The notes below the pieces were generated by a model, which saw only the letters and a list, made by a program, of their open reading frames with translations, did no database searches and was not told where the DNA came from. The translations under genes and the position numbers were made by a program. From the NCBI GenBank assembly GCA_963924565.1, contig OZ004611.1, positions 21,328,001 to 21,392,000 on the forward strand: a DNA stretch of 64,000 nt, read 5' to 3'. Source of the stretch: Ascidiella aspersa (lineage: Eukaryota). How positions within the stretch are numbered: position 1 is the first letter of the stretch; every line of letters begins with the position of its first letter. Shown here piece by piece: positions 24,365 through 37,440 of this stretch.

Positions 24365-24621
24365 CAGTTCTTCTTAAACTTTTTTAGTTTTGTTCACCCC
24401 TAGCATCTATCTTCAGATTTCATTTACCCTTGTCTCATGATATGATAAAACTATCTCGTCTATATTTCACTGAACAGGTTGAACACCCGGAATATCCGCC
24501 CTGCTCGCAAGCTATCATTCATTTCTGAATGTTCACCCTTATTCACCCCTTTTGGTTGGTTCACCCCTGCAAAAATTTTATCGACCCCGGGGTGAACCAT
24601 TTATCTGATTAAGAAACGCTG
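24365..24621. mobile_element. hAT-like MITE
   Basis: cagttcttcttaa ... ttaagaaacgctg termini; 8-bp TSD ctttaggc/ctttaggt; repeated ttcacccc motifs. Confidence 0.7.
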
Positions 24622-26561
24622 CTTTAGGTTATTGTTTTTGCTTTTTCAGTTACAAAATATTCGTTTTGAACTTTGTGATGGCTTCCAATTAAAAAAGGCT
24701 GGTATTCGACATGTCCTTAAATTTGGAAATCTGACCAGGGCCGTCAAAGCCAACAACTTAACCCCGCAAGCCTACAGTATCACCGCCAGTTATCCAACCA
24801 TGCAGTTTAAAGCCCCTTTCACTGATTTTTCTCCTTGTTATCTTTAAGAACGTGACGATCGCCCTCTCGACTTGAAGTGTTGTCTACTCTGGCTGCAATC
24901 CATTACAGGTGCTTTGGCGTCCGACCTGTTAATACTGGTTAATGTTCGACCAGAGAGAATCTTCCGTTTTTTATGCCGTCTAACTCTCACAACGCCCGGC
25001 GCGATTACTTCGTGGCGTGTCTCGAATACGCGTCGCTCGACTGGTACCTACGGCCGAGGTGCTGTGCAAATAAATGAGCCTATATGCGCAAATGTCAGCC
25101 TTTAATGTGTCTTCGCGTACAACAATTCAATTGTGTCTTGGCAACCGCCCTATCAGTTCACTGGCGATGGGTAGCGTCTCTGCCTTAAATGAGCGGTAAA
25201 ACTGGTGTCAGTTAGCTTTTTAATGAGCATTGAAATCTCAGTAATTTCTAGCCTTTCGTTTCTGATATTTGCTTAGCCTTACGTTGCTGCATCGCTCTTT
25301 TGAAGAATAGGCCATTGTTCTTTCACCACAAAGCAGAGTATAGCAGATTTATAAATTCTGACTTATGGTTTGGTTAGACTTATGAAAGAATATACAGATC
25401 CGCAAGAATACTAAACCAACCCCCGAAAGTTTATTCAAAGTGACAGACATTACTGTATTAAGGTAAGGTAGTTTTCGAGGACAATTTACAGTAAGGCTTA
25501 AGTTCAGAATACAAAATAAATTTATATTTTACCTTAAATTAAGAGGGAGAAGGAGACATAATTTCAGAGCAGAAGGTATAGTTTAAAAACATTTTTGTAA
25601 CTCAGGAATACGTACTGTTTAGATCAGCCGGCAAGGTAGACGAAGTGTACGCTTGTTCGTTTCTCCAAGTCTATTCAATTTCAATTACATTTCTGGTGGC
25701 GCCAGCCACATCAAAAGGGCAACCACAACTGAATACTGCCCAATATTTACCGTGATGGACTGATGGTGTTATGGATACCTGAATACCGCGACGGCCGATG
25801 ATAAATTATGCAGGCGCGTGGCCTAATGATGGGTTCCAAATAAAATCACCTTTGTCAGAAGTGCGGGCAACCGTAAAGAAAGTATTACGCTGCCGCCTTC
25901 GATGAAATGTCATTTTCTTGACGCGCGCATCTATACTTGGCCTTATCGTTGCTAACTGCTAAGGTGTACATGTTTTAGTTACCAGCAAGCGGGTGTTCAG
26001 TTAGCAGGGCTAATCAAGGTAGCATTAGCTTCATGTACACGAAAAACAGTATAGCGTTTGAAAAATCGACGTAGTATTTTGTTAATGAAAAGTGTCAGTC
26101 ACGAGTGATTTGTGGTAGAGTTATGTTAAATTTTAGTTTATAACAAAAGTGAACGAATATCACGCCGAAAAATTACAAAGGTAGTAAAATGATATTATAC
26201 AGTAATCAAAATAAGAAGTATACAGATAACTTTTTTGAGGTTTTGAATGCTATAAAAAAGATCAAAAGATAAGCATAAATGCTATACAGAAAAATGCACT
26301 ACTGTGTATTGCCGATACATATAGGACATAGGTGATCATTAATTACGCCGAGTTGTTGCAATTGCAGTGGTTTTTGATTTGCCTAAAACAAACAGTGCTT
26401 AAAAAAGAACCAGCTACTGCCCCCCAATGTTCAATACTCTGCGTCTAATTTCGACCTGTTTAAATTTAACCAGGCAATAAAATAGGAAATCGATTAAACG
26501 ACAAAGGGCGATGCGAAAGTGAAAGGAAAACAGTATGTCGACGTGATAGCAATCAACCTCA

Positions 26562-26715
26562 ATGGCTGACCTGGCCTCCAGCCTGTTTCCGCACATGAAC
26601 GAACTCCCAAAGGCGGTTCACCTCGGCACCATTAAAAAGAAGGCGGCGGTCGTCCGACAGCGAAGATTCGACCGGAACAAGGTGGAATCTAAAATCCGCG
26701 CCAAACCGATCAATG
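26562..26715 (+). CDS. Candidate alternative first coding exon B of the DCLK3-like gene (51 codons)
   Basis: ATG with an upstream in-frame TAG; GC-rich exon-like codon usage; ends AATG|GTAAGA, phase 1, in frame with acceptor 37441. Confidence 0.6.
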
Positions 26716-27461
26716 GTAAGAGATGCGAACCAGTGTGTTTGGATTGTTAGCGCCTTTAATGATATGGTTTACCAACAACAAAAAGCCACTTTCGGTATGG
26801 TTCGCCAAACAAAAATGGGAAACTCTAGCGGCAGTTTCATCTACAGCTAAGAGCTCGCGTGGGAGTGTATAAAAAACCTACAAACTATTTATGACTTTTC
26901 TATAACGCGAATAGAAAAGTCGGGACTGTGCATATATCCGATTGTTCAAAGAGTTTTAAGTACTTCGGCAAAACTGTTTATTTTGCGTTGTTAAATAGAC
27001 AGGTTGATTTCTAACTCCTTAGATTTTTTTTTAGAAAATATTTTTTCAATTGTGGATCGCTAAAATGTGTTTGTTTTAAGGAAAATCGTTACGATCTGGA
27101 AAGCATAACATGTTAGTAGGAAATCTATACTTTCAGCGAGCCTTGGCAAATCTGCTCCGGCATATATTTTCAGCCGCCAATAATTTCGCGTTTTATTCGA
27201 AAAAAAGCTGCACAAAACCTGAAAAGGCAAAGACAGGTGGTCCGTTGACTTTAAAGGATGGGCGCATACTACACACCGCTTCTTTCGTGAAATAAAGCGC
27301 GGGTATAGTACGACGAAAACACCCATTTCAAACCGGATTATCGCTGGCAAAGTGGCCTCGGTGCCACTGCAAGTCTCGGTAGCTTTTCAGGCGCCGCGCA
27401 GAAAACACATTTTCGTTTCCTGGCTCGACCATCGCTAGCTGGGGCCTAAGCGTCACTTAGC

Positions 27462-27475
27462 GTTGCCCTGGCAAC
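27462..27475. promoter_or_regulatory. RFX X-box motif
   Basis: GTTGCCCTGGCAAC, 13/14 match to the palindromic X-box, in a CpG-rich patch. Confidence 0.55.
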
Positions 27476-30391
27476 GGAGCGGCCCGAGAAACCGCTTTCT
27501 TGTTTCGCACCGAAGGCGCCCGACCCTCGACCACATGTTTCTACAAGCGACCGCGGTTTGTTAGCCTTGTTCAAAGGCGGCCGTGTTGTGTTTTTAGGCA
27601 ATTTTAGTGCGAAATGTCGCTGTCTGCGTCAGCGGGCTTTTGTCGCCCGCCGCGCCGCCGTCGCTGTACAAACCGTTTAGATCCGCGAGCAAATAAATCT
27701 TCTTCCCGACGATTTTGTCTCTTGTAGATGTTTTTTTGCAAAATGTATTCCCTTTGTATATTTTTAGTGTTGTGTAGACGTGGATTAGTGGCGTCTGAAC
27801 ACCTTAGCTTTAATGCTTTCGTTTGATGCGGTTTTTGAGTCTCGAATCGCCACTGCATTTCCGAAACTTTATAAATAACCGTCTTTACTCGCGTTCGGCG
27901 TTTCCGCGTGATGGTGATAGAGAGCAACTGGAAACGCTCTGTATTGTTTTATCATGCCCCGATTTATCGTAATTATGTTAGATTGAACCCAATAAAAAGC
28001 AATAGCAATAGTTCCTTATAAAAGTTTTCTGTGGTGTAACTACATTCTAGGATTTCTCGTTATTTGATTTGTTCTGGGTGTTTTGATTCATAAACGATCC
28101 AATGACTGACGGTTACTCTATTACACGTTGTATCACTCGAAATTTGTTGATGTGTCTAAAATAATATAGATTCATTTTAGCTTTTAAATATGCATGGTTC
28201 AGTGAGGCCAATGTTAGCCATCGCGTTCACAGCATTTTGTAGTTTGTTGCGTCCTTGTGTCTACCGAAAAATCTGATGGTACAAACTGTGCACTGGCTTT
28301 TCAAACTGTGCACTGACGACAAACCTAAACGTGTTTTTATATGTGAGTATTTAACATGCCTAACAGTAAAACACAAATCTGCTATTTTGGATGATTCTAG
28401 CTATTACAATACAGGTTAGGCATTTCATTTTACAACGCTGTCGCGTAAATTCGATTAAATCCCGATAAATTTCTCCCCCGATTGAAATGAAAACTTTAAA
28501 TCCCGTTTAAAGGACAGCGTTTTGCCGAAGGATTATATGAAAGAAATGACCTTCGCGCGTAAATGCGCGCTGTTACAAGTGTTCCACTTTGCTCATGTGC
28601 ATTGTGTGGCTTCGGCGCGAATCGCGAAATCCGAATGCACAAAAGACACCAAAAACAACAATCCTGACACTTTCACGTCGCCGGCGCCATTGTTACGTCA
28701 CGGGCCCTCCATTGTGACATCGTGCGGACGCGATGTAGATCGTCATCGCAAGACTTTCGATTTTGCCAGTGTCCGACAATTGATCTGGAAAACTTTCTCT
28801 TTCAGCGAATGATCTCGCTTTAACCGGGTTTTGGAAATTTGTCGAGTGGACCGGAGAACAATGCGTTCAAGCCGCAGTTAAGAGCTCATCGAATACTGTA
28901 GCGCTGTTGCCCGACGTAGTGGTAGGCAGCTGCTGATGTTGCATGCTGGTGAAAATTACTGCTTTCTCAGTCGTTTATACCAAGTTAGCCGTTGTGTTTA
29001 CCTGCTGTATAGTTTAACTGTTTGTTTCGGGCAGTTAGACCCTTTGACACTTTAGCTAAGATAAAACAGGCGGTAAAGAGGTCTATGCCTTTTTGTTGTA
29101 GTATTGCTTTTGACAGGCTGGTAATTACAGTTAATTTATCCATAACAGATCCAATTTTGTGCTACTATTTTCAGCGAATTGATAAGAACATAGGAAAACA
29201 TCCTCGTATAATTGTATAGCAAGTAATATCGACGCTAAACATTGACCTTGCGGCGTTTGTTTTAATACATCTTAAGTTTAGACCGTATAGGACGTTATCA
29301 GCGATATTCTGTAACATTTTTAGAAAGTAGCCAATTATGACATGAAGTCGTTTCGTAAGATATCATCACGCTTTGCTTTGCTCTTCTAGACCTTTCGCTT
29401 TAGGTTTTTGCAATCCATTATTTCTCACGAGTTAAGATGCGCGCTAGGTAGCGCCATCGTGTCGCGTCACCGGTGACGTACCACCCCTCTAGTTACGTCA
29501 CAATGCCTGTTTACTTGGAGTCGGTCGACGGCGAAGAGGACTCGCCGTGGCTGTGCAAGAAGTACATTTGGGGAAGAGTTAGTAAGTGAAAACTTTACTT
29601 TTATGTGTGTTATGATTGCGAACGCCGCAATGACTTTTATACTATGTCTTGTTGTTGCAATTCTTTTTGGCGGGCCTTCAACCAATCTGCATCTTGTATT
29701 TAAAAATCTCAAATGTGTTCGACCACCCAAAGAACGCCCACGTGAAGTTGGAAAACGGGCTTATTTAATTTTATAAGCTCAAAGCTTTAACCAAACTTGT
29801 CTATTTTACTTATTTAATTTTTTTTAGTGCTTTGTTTTATGCAAAAGTACTCTTAGTTTAAGTTGTAATCTAAACATTTGACATAATGTGGAATCACCTC
29901 AGTTCAGTTGAAGCTGTTTTATTCTTAACTAAGATTGTGATGTCCGTATATTGCACACCGAAATATGTTTCAGATATTTCTCAATTTAGGAATATCAGTT
30001 TTTTTATGAGCTCTATATTCTAGAGGTCATACTCACTGTTTATTGTAGGAAGTGCACTGTAATAGTAATAAAAGTAGATATAAAAAACGTTGGTTTCTTC
30101 AGAAAATTTGTTTGTATTTTGCCTGTCTTGAAAGAGCTAAAAATGCCGTGGCCTGTAGCGTATAAACTATTCCTCTGTTGTATTAAGCATTTCCTATTAA
30201 GAATCGCTGGAATAAATTATATGCAACATCAACGTTACTAATTGCACTTGATATTGGAGTGGCCATTGTGCCCCTATCCCGAGGGTTGTGATGTTCCGTT
30301 CCATCTTGTTTTAAGTGGCGTTTCGCGATGAAATTGGATTGCCTATTTGTGTAGGTTTAGTTTGATATTTGCTTTGGGCGTGCTGTTCAGC

Positions 30392-30422
30392 ATGCAATTT
30401 GGATATTATTACAGGAGAAAAG
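30392..30422 (+). CDS. Candidate alternative first coding micro-exon C (MQFGYYYRRK)
   Basis: ATG followed after 10 codons by a consensus donor AAAG|GTAAGT in phase 1. It is short enough to arise by chance. Confidence 0.4.
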
Positions 30423-31631
30423 GTAAGTTGTTAGTGCTACGGCTGCTCTGTATATTCTCTTACTTCGAATTTATGCGGTTATATTATACATATATTAAAG
30501 TACTGAATATATTTCATTATTATTAGAATTTTGTAGCTTTAACAGTGTACCTATAGTCATGTCGTTCAAAGAATTGAAGGACGTAACATACATCATAGGA
30601 AAGTATGTGTTCTGTTTTTACATGACTGGTTTTGTAGTGTGCATTTTTGCGAGAATATTTTTAGTTTGCCTCAGTAAGCGTATGAGCTGACATCAAATAA
30701 GGTAATAGGGTTACGACATTTTTGGCCTGATGTAGCAGAACAAAGCGAAGTTAAAACAATTTACCTCAATTGTTATTTAATCCTTGTTGTGTTCACTGAA
30801 TTTATAAGTTAGCGCGTAATTAACCGGTAGCGCGTAATTAAGGGACAGCCGCTTACAACTTTTATCCAAAATCTTGGTCTACTTTCCCACGCCGTATGAT
30901 TAGTCATCTTCTTGCAGCCAATCACTTGTATCAGATTAGTATCAATTTGCCTGGTCAGGTTTGCCTCTTAACGGACACTTTAGTCCCCCTGAGCTTATTT
31001 GTTTCCCGGATCAGTCGTCCGCGTGATGGCTGCTGCTGTTGCCTGGCGCAACTGCGAAATCTCGGGAAGATTGGAGAAGTCTTTTTTATTGATACATCGG
31101 GCGAAAGTATCTTTTTTCCCTCTCAGAGTGATTTCATTTATTCTTAAGAAGTGGCCAGTGCGGTAGTGAAAGTTATTTGTTTGCTGGTGCTGTATACATT
31201 AGGTTGTGTGGACAAGTCTGTATCTATGGTATTTACATAGCGAAGACTAATCTGGTTAAAACAATCAAAACGATTTTTTTTCCAAAGTTGTTGCTCTAAG
31301 TAAGATGTTTTTCAGTCCAGCTTGTTAAAGTGATTTTGTAGCGAAAAGAAGGCTAAAGGACTAAAAAAGTGCAAAACGAGAGCATCGCAGCAGTTGGAAA
31401 TTGCGATGCAAAGATGAAAGATATGCCAAAGTGTCTTCAATATGTTTACTTCACGAAAGGAATAGTCAATAGTGTCAGATCGGTTAAGATTGCAACGCCG
31501 ATACGGGTTTGAATTTCGCAGACGAATTTCTCCGAAAACAGTTTTACACAAGAAAATCAAGACCAGGAAATTGGATAGCTGCATGATTTTAAATGCTTGT
31601 ATGAACTAAAGTTCAGTGACCTTAAGCAAAA

Positions 31632-33222
31632 ATGGAATGGAAAAGTAGAGGCTACTCACAACCCGGCTTTCATGTCAAGCCTCAGTGGAACCAGTACGTC
31701 CCGCGCGCATGCCGACCGGTGACCTTGCTGTTGACCGACACGCATCGCTGCTGCCTGGCCTGCGACGTCATCAAACGCAGGAAGGCTCGCGTTTCGGAAA
31801 TTACGCAAGGCGACTCGAGGCGATTCGTAAAGAAGGGTCTCTCTAAGCAGAACTCAAAACGCGCCGAATCCAAAAAAGATTTTGTTGATTTTCACGTTTT
31901 GGGGTCGGGTAAGAATGTGCCTTGCTGTTCGGAAGCCTCTTACGCAACTACAAGCAGCGATGGAGACGACGCTTTGACTGGCAAATATTCAAAATCGATC
32001 AGAAGCATGCGCGGGCCTTTGGTAGAACAGCGTCGTCATTCGACGGACTTGAGAAACATTTACAAACTAAATCAAGCATCACGCATAAGTCCAAATGACG
32101 ACGGAGATTTTGCACGGCCGAACGCGCATCGGCAATATAATACACCTTGCTACTTGAACAGTTGCCCGACTGATGTTTCGTGTCACCGGCAAGAAACTTT
32201 GCTGCAACCTTTAAATCCGCAGTTCGAAAGGTTCGGAACCGGTTTGAGCCGGATTCGGGAGGAATCCCTGGGCGTCGACGTCACCGCGTATGAGCGAGAC
32301 AAAACTTTTGCGGATAGTTTTGGCAAAAAGATCGCTACGATCGGAAAAGAATCAACCTCAACTATTGCAAAAACCCGTTTAAAGCGACAAACAAAGAAAA
32401 GCCAACGAGTTCAAAAAAACGAATGGGATTCTTCGACGGCGACAGAAATGGGATTTTTTACGAGAAAGCAAAAGTACGAATCGCGTTTAAATAACGGCCC
32501 CAAAACGGGATACAACGAAGCGATTAAAGAGTCAAGCACGCTATCTAGCGGGACTAATAAAGCAGGCAAATTGGCCACGCGCGGTCGCCGCCGAGCCAGC
32601 TCTATTAGGCGTAAACCGCTCGCGTCCAAAATGTCGCCGACCTTTCGAAAACCAGCCGCGCTTGGCAAGAGACGAAGCAGAAGCCTTGTTGTCCCGAAAC
32701 TGAACCGGAACTCTGGGGTTTTAGCGGAAAAGTGCGATATGAATCCCGATAAAAGCGTCACGCCCGAAAGCTGTCGTCGTTTGGACCGCACCGGCAACCT
32801 ACGGCCAAACGAAATGGAAGCGACCAACGGAAAACACCTTTTCAACCGTAATCTGCATAACAACGCCGACGTGTTTTCGGGCTGCCGCTGCGACAATCAC
32901 GCAGTGGGATTTTTGGACCCCGCCCCCCGTCACGGTATGACGCACGTCACAGGAACGCAATACCCCTATGTGCGCGAACCCACGTCGATCGGTGGCCGTG
33001 ATCGTTTGCTGCGTTTTTCCGATCGCTATTTTTCGCCGCTGGCGTCTTTTGCCCGAAAACCGGAACAAAACACGCCGAAGTTTGAGCCCGTTTGCGCCGA
33101 TTCGTTTTCACGATGTCCGGATGGCGGATATTTCGCTCCAGCGGGCGTGACCGGACCCCGACCACCCCCATTTCACCCCAACGGAATCGCGTTTCGGCCC
33201 GCTCCCGGCCAAGAGAGAAGAG
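31632..33222 (+). CDS. Candidate alternative first coding exon D (530 codons, basic and low-complexity)
   Basis: 539-aa ORF with an upstream in-frame TAA; donor AGAG|GTAACG in phase 1 shortly before the ORF stop; no recognisable domain. Confidence 0.65.
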
Positions 33223-33613
33223 GTAACGTATATATAGAGATAAAGATATAGCGCTCGTGCGGATTTGAGGTCTTTGCCGCAGATTTGTTTTGTGTTACGC
33301 CTAAAATAGGGTAGCGGTTTACATTTTTTTTTCTGAAACAGTTCACCTGGATTTGGCGACAATTGCCTTACGTTTTGTACGCTTGTAGGCTTAGCAAAAA
33401 TATATGAAAAAGTTTTACGTTGGGCCGTTTTGTAGAAAAAGTTGCAATCTGAAAATGTTGAGTTGAATTACAGCAATGAAACTGCGCTGGTCGATACGAC
33501 TTTAATGTATGCGTCTGCGAAGTTGAGTTAAAATTTTGTGAAGAATGTGAAGGGCAATTGCCCATAGGTTAGGACTTTTATTCATTTCACGCAAACCGTG
33601 CCATCCTCTAAAG

Positions 33614-33930
33614 CAGTGTTACTCAAACTTTTTTTGCTGCGACTCAAATAATAAGCGTAAGTATGACAGCGAAGTTTAGGCGACTTAATTATCATCCTGA
33701 AACTTTAGGTAAGCTTAAAGTAAACAAAACACAAATAAGACATTGGCATGAAAACTTTTCAATTTATTGAGTACCAGTCGCGTCTTCGTTTTGCTTTCAA
33801 ATTTGAATTTTGTTTAATTCTTTGAACCAATTATATCTAATCTTACAATGTGAACTACTGCAGTCGGCGCCCCAACTCAAACAAACAGCAACCTATTGTT
33901 GTATCACGACCCATGGGTTGAGAAATACTT
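33614..33930. mobile_element. hAT-like MITE
   Basis: cagtgttactcaaac ... gttgagaaatact termini; degenerate TSD (ctctaaag/tcctaaaa). Confidence 0.55.
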
Positions 33931-34479
33931 TCCTAAAACAACAATCGAACTTGGTTAAGTATAGTGTCAATTCAATAATGGGAATTAGAATGCCAAATTA
34001 AGAAAGCGTAACGTTCGACGGCCGCTTAAGCGATCGTAACTCGCACAGAACAGTTTCAACGAGCGTTAAGCCCCTGAAAAATCCCCTACAGTGGCGATAT
34101 CCCTTCGCACCCCTTTGTCCATCGAAAACGCGCTCGGAACAACACCTCTCCCCGTTTCTCCCATATTCTCCAGGCATCTGAGCACGACAGCACGCGTTTG
34201 CGGGCGCGCGATGGAAACAACTTGCTCTTCGGACAAACGATCCGGCACCTGCCCCACTCGAGGTTTCATTAGCGCCACTTTGCCGATGCTGGGCGAAGCT
34301 CTAAGCACCCTTAACGTGTCAACCGCCAGAGCGATATTGCTTCATATTACGGGGGAAAATCGATTTTCTTCCTACCAGGCTTGGTCGTTAGTATAGTTAC
34401 TAGCGCGTTTGATATCCGGGTTTCTGTCATCGGCGATATTTACAAATTATTGCGATCGCCGCTGCTCGATTTGAGTTTC

Positions 34480-34519
34480 GTTGCTAGGGTGACTCGATAA
34501 TTGCCGTTGCTATGGCGAT
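34480..34519. promoter_or_regulatory. Tandem RFX X-box-like motifs upstream of exon E
   Basis: GTTGCTAGGGTGAC (34480-34493) and GTTGCTATGGCGAT (34506-34519), about 400 bp before ATG 34916. Confidence 0.5.
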
Positions 34520-34915
34520 ACAAATTCGCCTTTTGATTTGGTTTCCAGTCGTTGTCAGTCGAGCTACCGCCTATAACTGCACGAGGCTAGTTTGGGATAG
34601 TGTGTCAAATTTAAACCCAACGGTTACTATTTTTAAGATAGATATGTAGTTAAGAAAGTTTTGGACAGAATCGTACTTTGCGAATATTAAGTTCAATTTC
34701 GGTTAGGCGATTTACCTTTGACAGGTGTATAAGTCTATTCTCTCGTATTACTCACATGGCTAAGATGGTTGTTATTAATCCAACTAAAAGCCGATCTGTT
34801 GTTATTGTTGTTGTTGTTATTGTTCTTCGTTAGAATTTGAGATTTTGTTTAATTGAACCTTGCAATGTCTTTAAGATGGTAGTTTTAAGTGAGCAAATTC
34901 AGCATACTCGAGTAA

Positions 34916-36530
34916 ATGGTGTCAGACAAAGCACGACAAGCCGTTCAAATGTCAGAAAATCAAGATTTTCAAACCGAAAGTTTGAACAACGACTTGAATA
35001 CAAATTCGGATACCGGCAGCAGCGTTGCTTTGCCAACCTTTACAATGGTCAAGTCAAAACAACGAATCAAGTTGAAAACGGTCCCAAAAACGACCCCCAT
35101 TACCCCCAAGCAGGACGTGGTGCCCCCACTTGACCTCACTGCAATGCAAAACGTAACCCCAAAAGGAAAGTTGGACTCTCAACGGCCGACGGTGATAAAA
35201 AGCGAAAATAAACCAGTCGTTGTGCCGGTATCATTGCACAGCAACCGCGTCAACGAAATTCGCGTCACCACCGTAAAAACACCGGCTAAAAACGCCAGGA
35301 ACGTAGGGAGCACGCCCTTGAATCACGTCAGGAGTGAGCGGCGGCCTGTAAGCGTTTCCGCCGTCGATCCTAACGAAACCGAAAACGGACCCGCCACGTC
35401 ACCGCCAGAATACTGTGACGTCGCCATCGCGTCGTCGAAATTTCGCGGCGCTCTTTCGTCATCATCCAGGTACTGTGACGTCACCGATTCGTACGTACTC
35501 GGCGACGGCGCGGCGGCACCGATGGCGGAAAGTCGCGACGCAGAAAACCAAAACGACAGCGACGAACAACCGGCGGAGCGTGAGAACCCGGAGCCGGAAG
35601 TGACGCACCACCCGGAAGTGATCAAGTCGCGCTCGTCGCGTCGCTTCCTGTTTAGTTCGAGTGGAAGCAAGGAAGCAAAGGTGGCCGACAACAAGCAGAA
35701 AGCGCCCTTGGTAAAGACGAGTAGCGACCCGGGCGCGAAAGCCTCGGAACGCGGCGGGGTTCGATCCGAGGACGACTTCGCCTTTTTTCGGAAGCGCGCC
35801 TTTTTCAGCGTTAGCGGCACGGCCGAGGATTTCGAGGAGCTGCAACCTACCTTCGTGTCGGTGCAGAGCGACCCGCAGTCGACCGCCGTAAAGCCGCGCC
35901 ACCTTGACAAGCGCGCAAACACTCACGCCTCCACCGCTTCTTCTTCTTCTTCTTCTGGATCCAGCGCGCCGCGGACGCTGCGTCCGAGTCCCTACCAGCA
36001 AAAACTCGCCGACGCATCCTCGAAGCGGCGCGTCGCTCTTAACGCCGAGCAGACGAGGCCGGGCGTTCAAAAAAGCCAAGCGAAATCGGGGCGCAAAAGG
36101 CTGCCCACCGTTCCGGCGCCGGTTAAGCCTAGAGTTGTTGCCCCGCGGCGTCGACGCTCCCTTAGCACGGCGGCGGCTCCGGCTGCGTCGACGCCCAAGC
36201 GCGTTCAGCTGAAGTCCTTTGTGCTTCTGAACGACGCCGACGCAGCGCTGGTGAGCGAACGCGCCAGCTGCCAAATCGAGAAGCTACAGGCGTCGTTTTT
36301 GCAGAAGCGACAGGTCGAACGGGACTCGGGCGAAGATTTTGAGTTTGTTTTTCCGAGGGGAGAGCACCCTCCCGCCGTTGGCGCAAGAATCAGGGGCGGT
36401 GGCCTGAGCTCGCGCGCTCTTGCGGCCGAATCGCGCCGCGGGCGCTTTCTGGCCGACGAGAACGGTCGTTTGCTGCAAGGCACCGACGACGTTAGTGGCA
36501 CGAACGGGGAGGATTTGGAGTATATCCACG
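34916..36530 (+). CDS. Candidate alternative first coding exon E (538 codons, S/P/A/R-rich, probably disordered)
   Basis: TAA immediately precedes the ATG; GC-rich open frame; donor CACG|GTGAGA in phase 1, after which the ORF turns intron-like (T-rich). Confidence 0.75.
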
Positions 36531-37440
36531 GTGAGACTTTTGCCCCGCTTTTGCGACTGATCGGAACGTGTGTCGACGTTGTTTTTTGTTTGGTTGAGAT
36601 TCGGCGTTCACAGAAAAACCTACTGATCACGCTGCCAATTGTCAGAAACTATTTGCTTGCTTGTGTCGCGCTGGACGTGTTATTACATACATTACGTAGA
36701 GGAACTTGAAGACTTTTTCTTCGCGGCGTGTATTTAAAATTTGCCGTTTTGTGACTACCCTTGCAAATAGCAAATAACCAAAATACCCTCCATGAACAAG
36801 GAGAGGGTTTTGGCTTAGAGTTTGCCTTAAAGGATTAGGAATATAGCTTCCTTCAGACCATTGGTCGCAACCCGCTACTATTTAAAATTCAATACATTAT
36901 CGGTTGTTTATGTTTCCAGACGTGGCTGCATAAAAAAACAAAATACTAATGTTTTAACGTGTAATTGTTAAACATAAGTTTAAAGTATTTCCGAAAGTAA
37001 GGTTAATAAAATGACTCAAAACAGGCTTTAGTTTGTCAGAATATTTAATTACACATCCGCCTACTTTTGATAAATTTTTTTTTTTTGGCTGATTTTTTTG
37101 CTGATCGGGCGAACTTTGCGCAACTGCTGACTAGCCCGGGTAGTAAATAACACTGGATGGCCATACTCGTGTTGAATCTTGACCTTGAGTGGAGGTTGTT
37201 ATAGGAAATTACGGGATTTTAAAGGAAGTTATGGCCCTAAAAAACACGAACCAATGATTTATCTAAGCAGCCAAACAATATATATATTATACTGTTGGTC
37301 TTTATCTGTTTTACAAAACTCAGCTAATACTGTTCTAAACTCAGAACTTAGTCAATGTTTTGGTCGATGAAGGTCTCATACGGTACTTGGAAGTTTTTTC
37401 ATCTTGTCATTTCAATCTTAAGATGCCATTTACTTTGCAG

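Noticed and set aside
21110-28925. Further candidate first coding exons near 21180-21209, 22435-22481, 25382-25462 and 27614-27727
   Set aside because: They contain in-frame stops, have the wrong phase, or have only weak donors. They could still be non-coding exons.
35323-36630. Long antisense ORFs (199, 270 and 141 aa), and similar ones at 32411-32896, 41605-41943 and 43230-43565
   Set aside because: These are shadows of GC-rich or purine-rich sense exons and carry no independent motifs.
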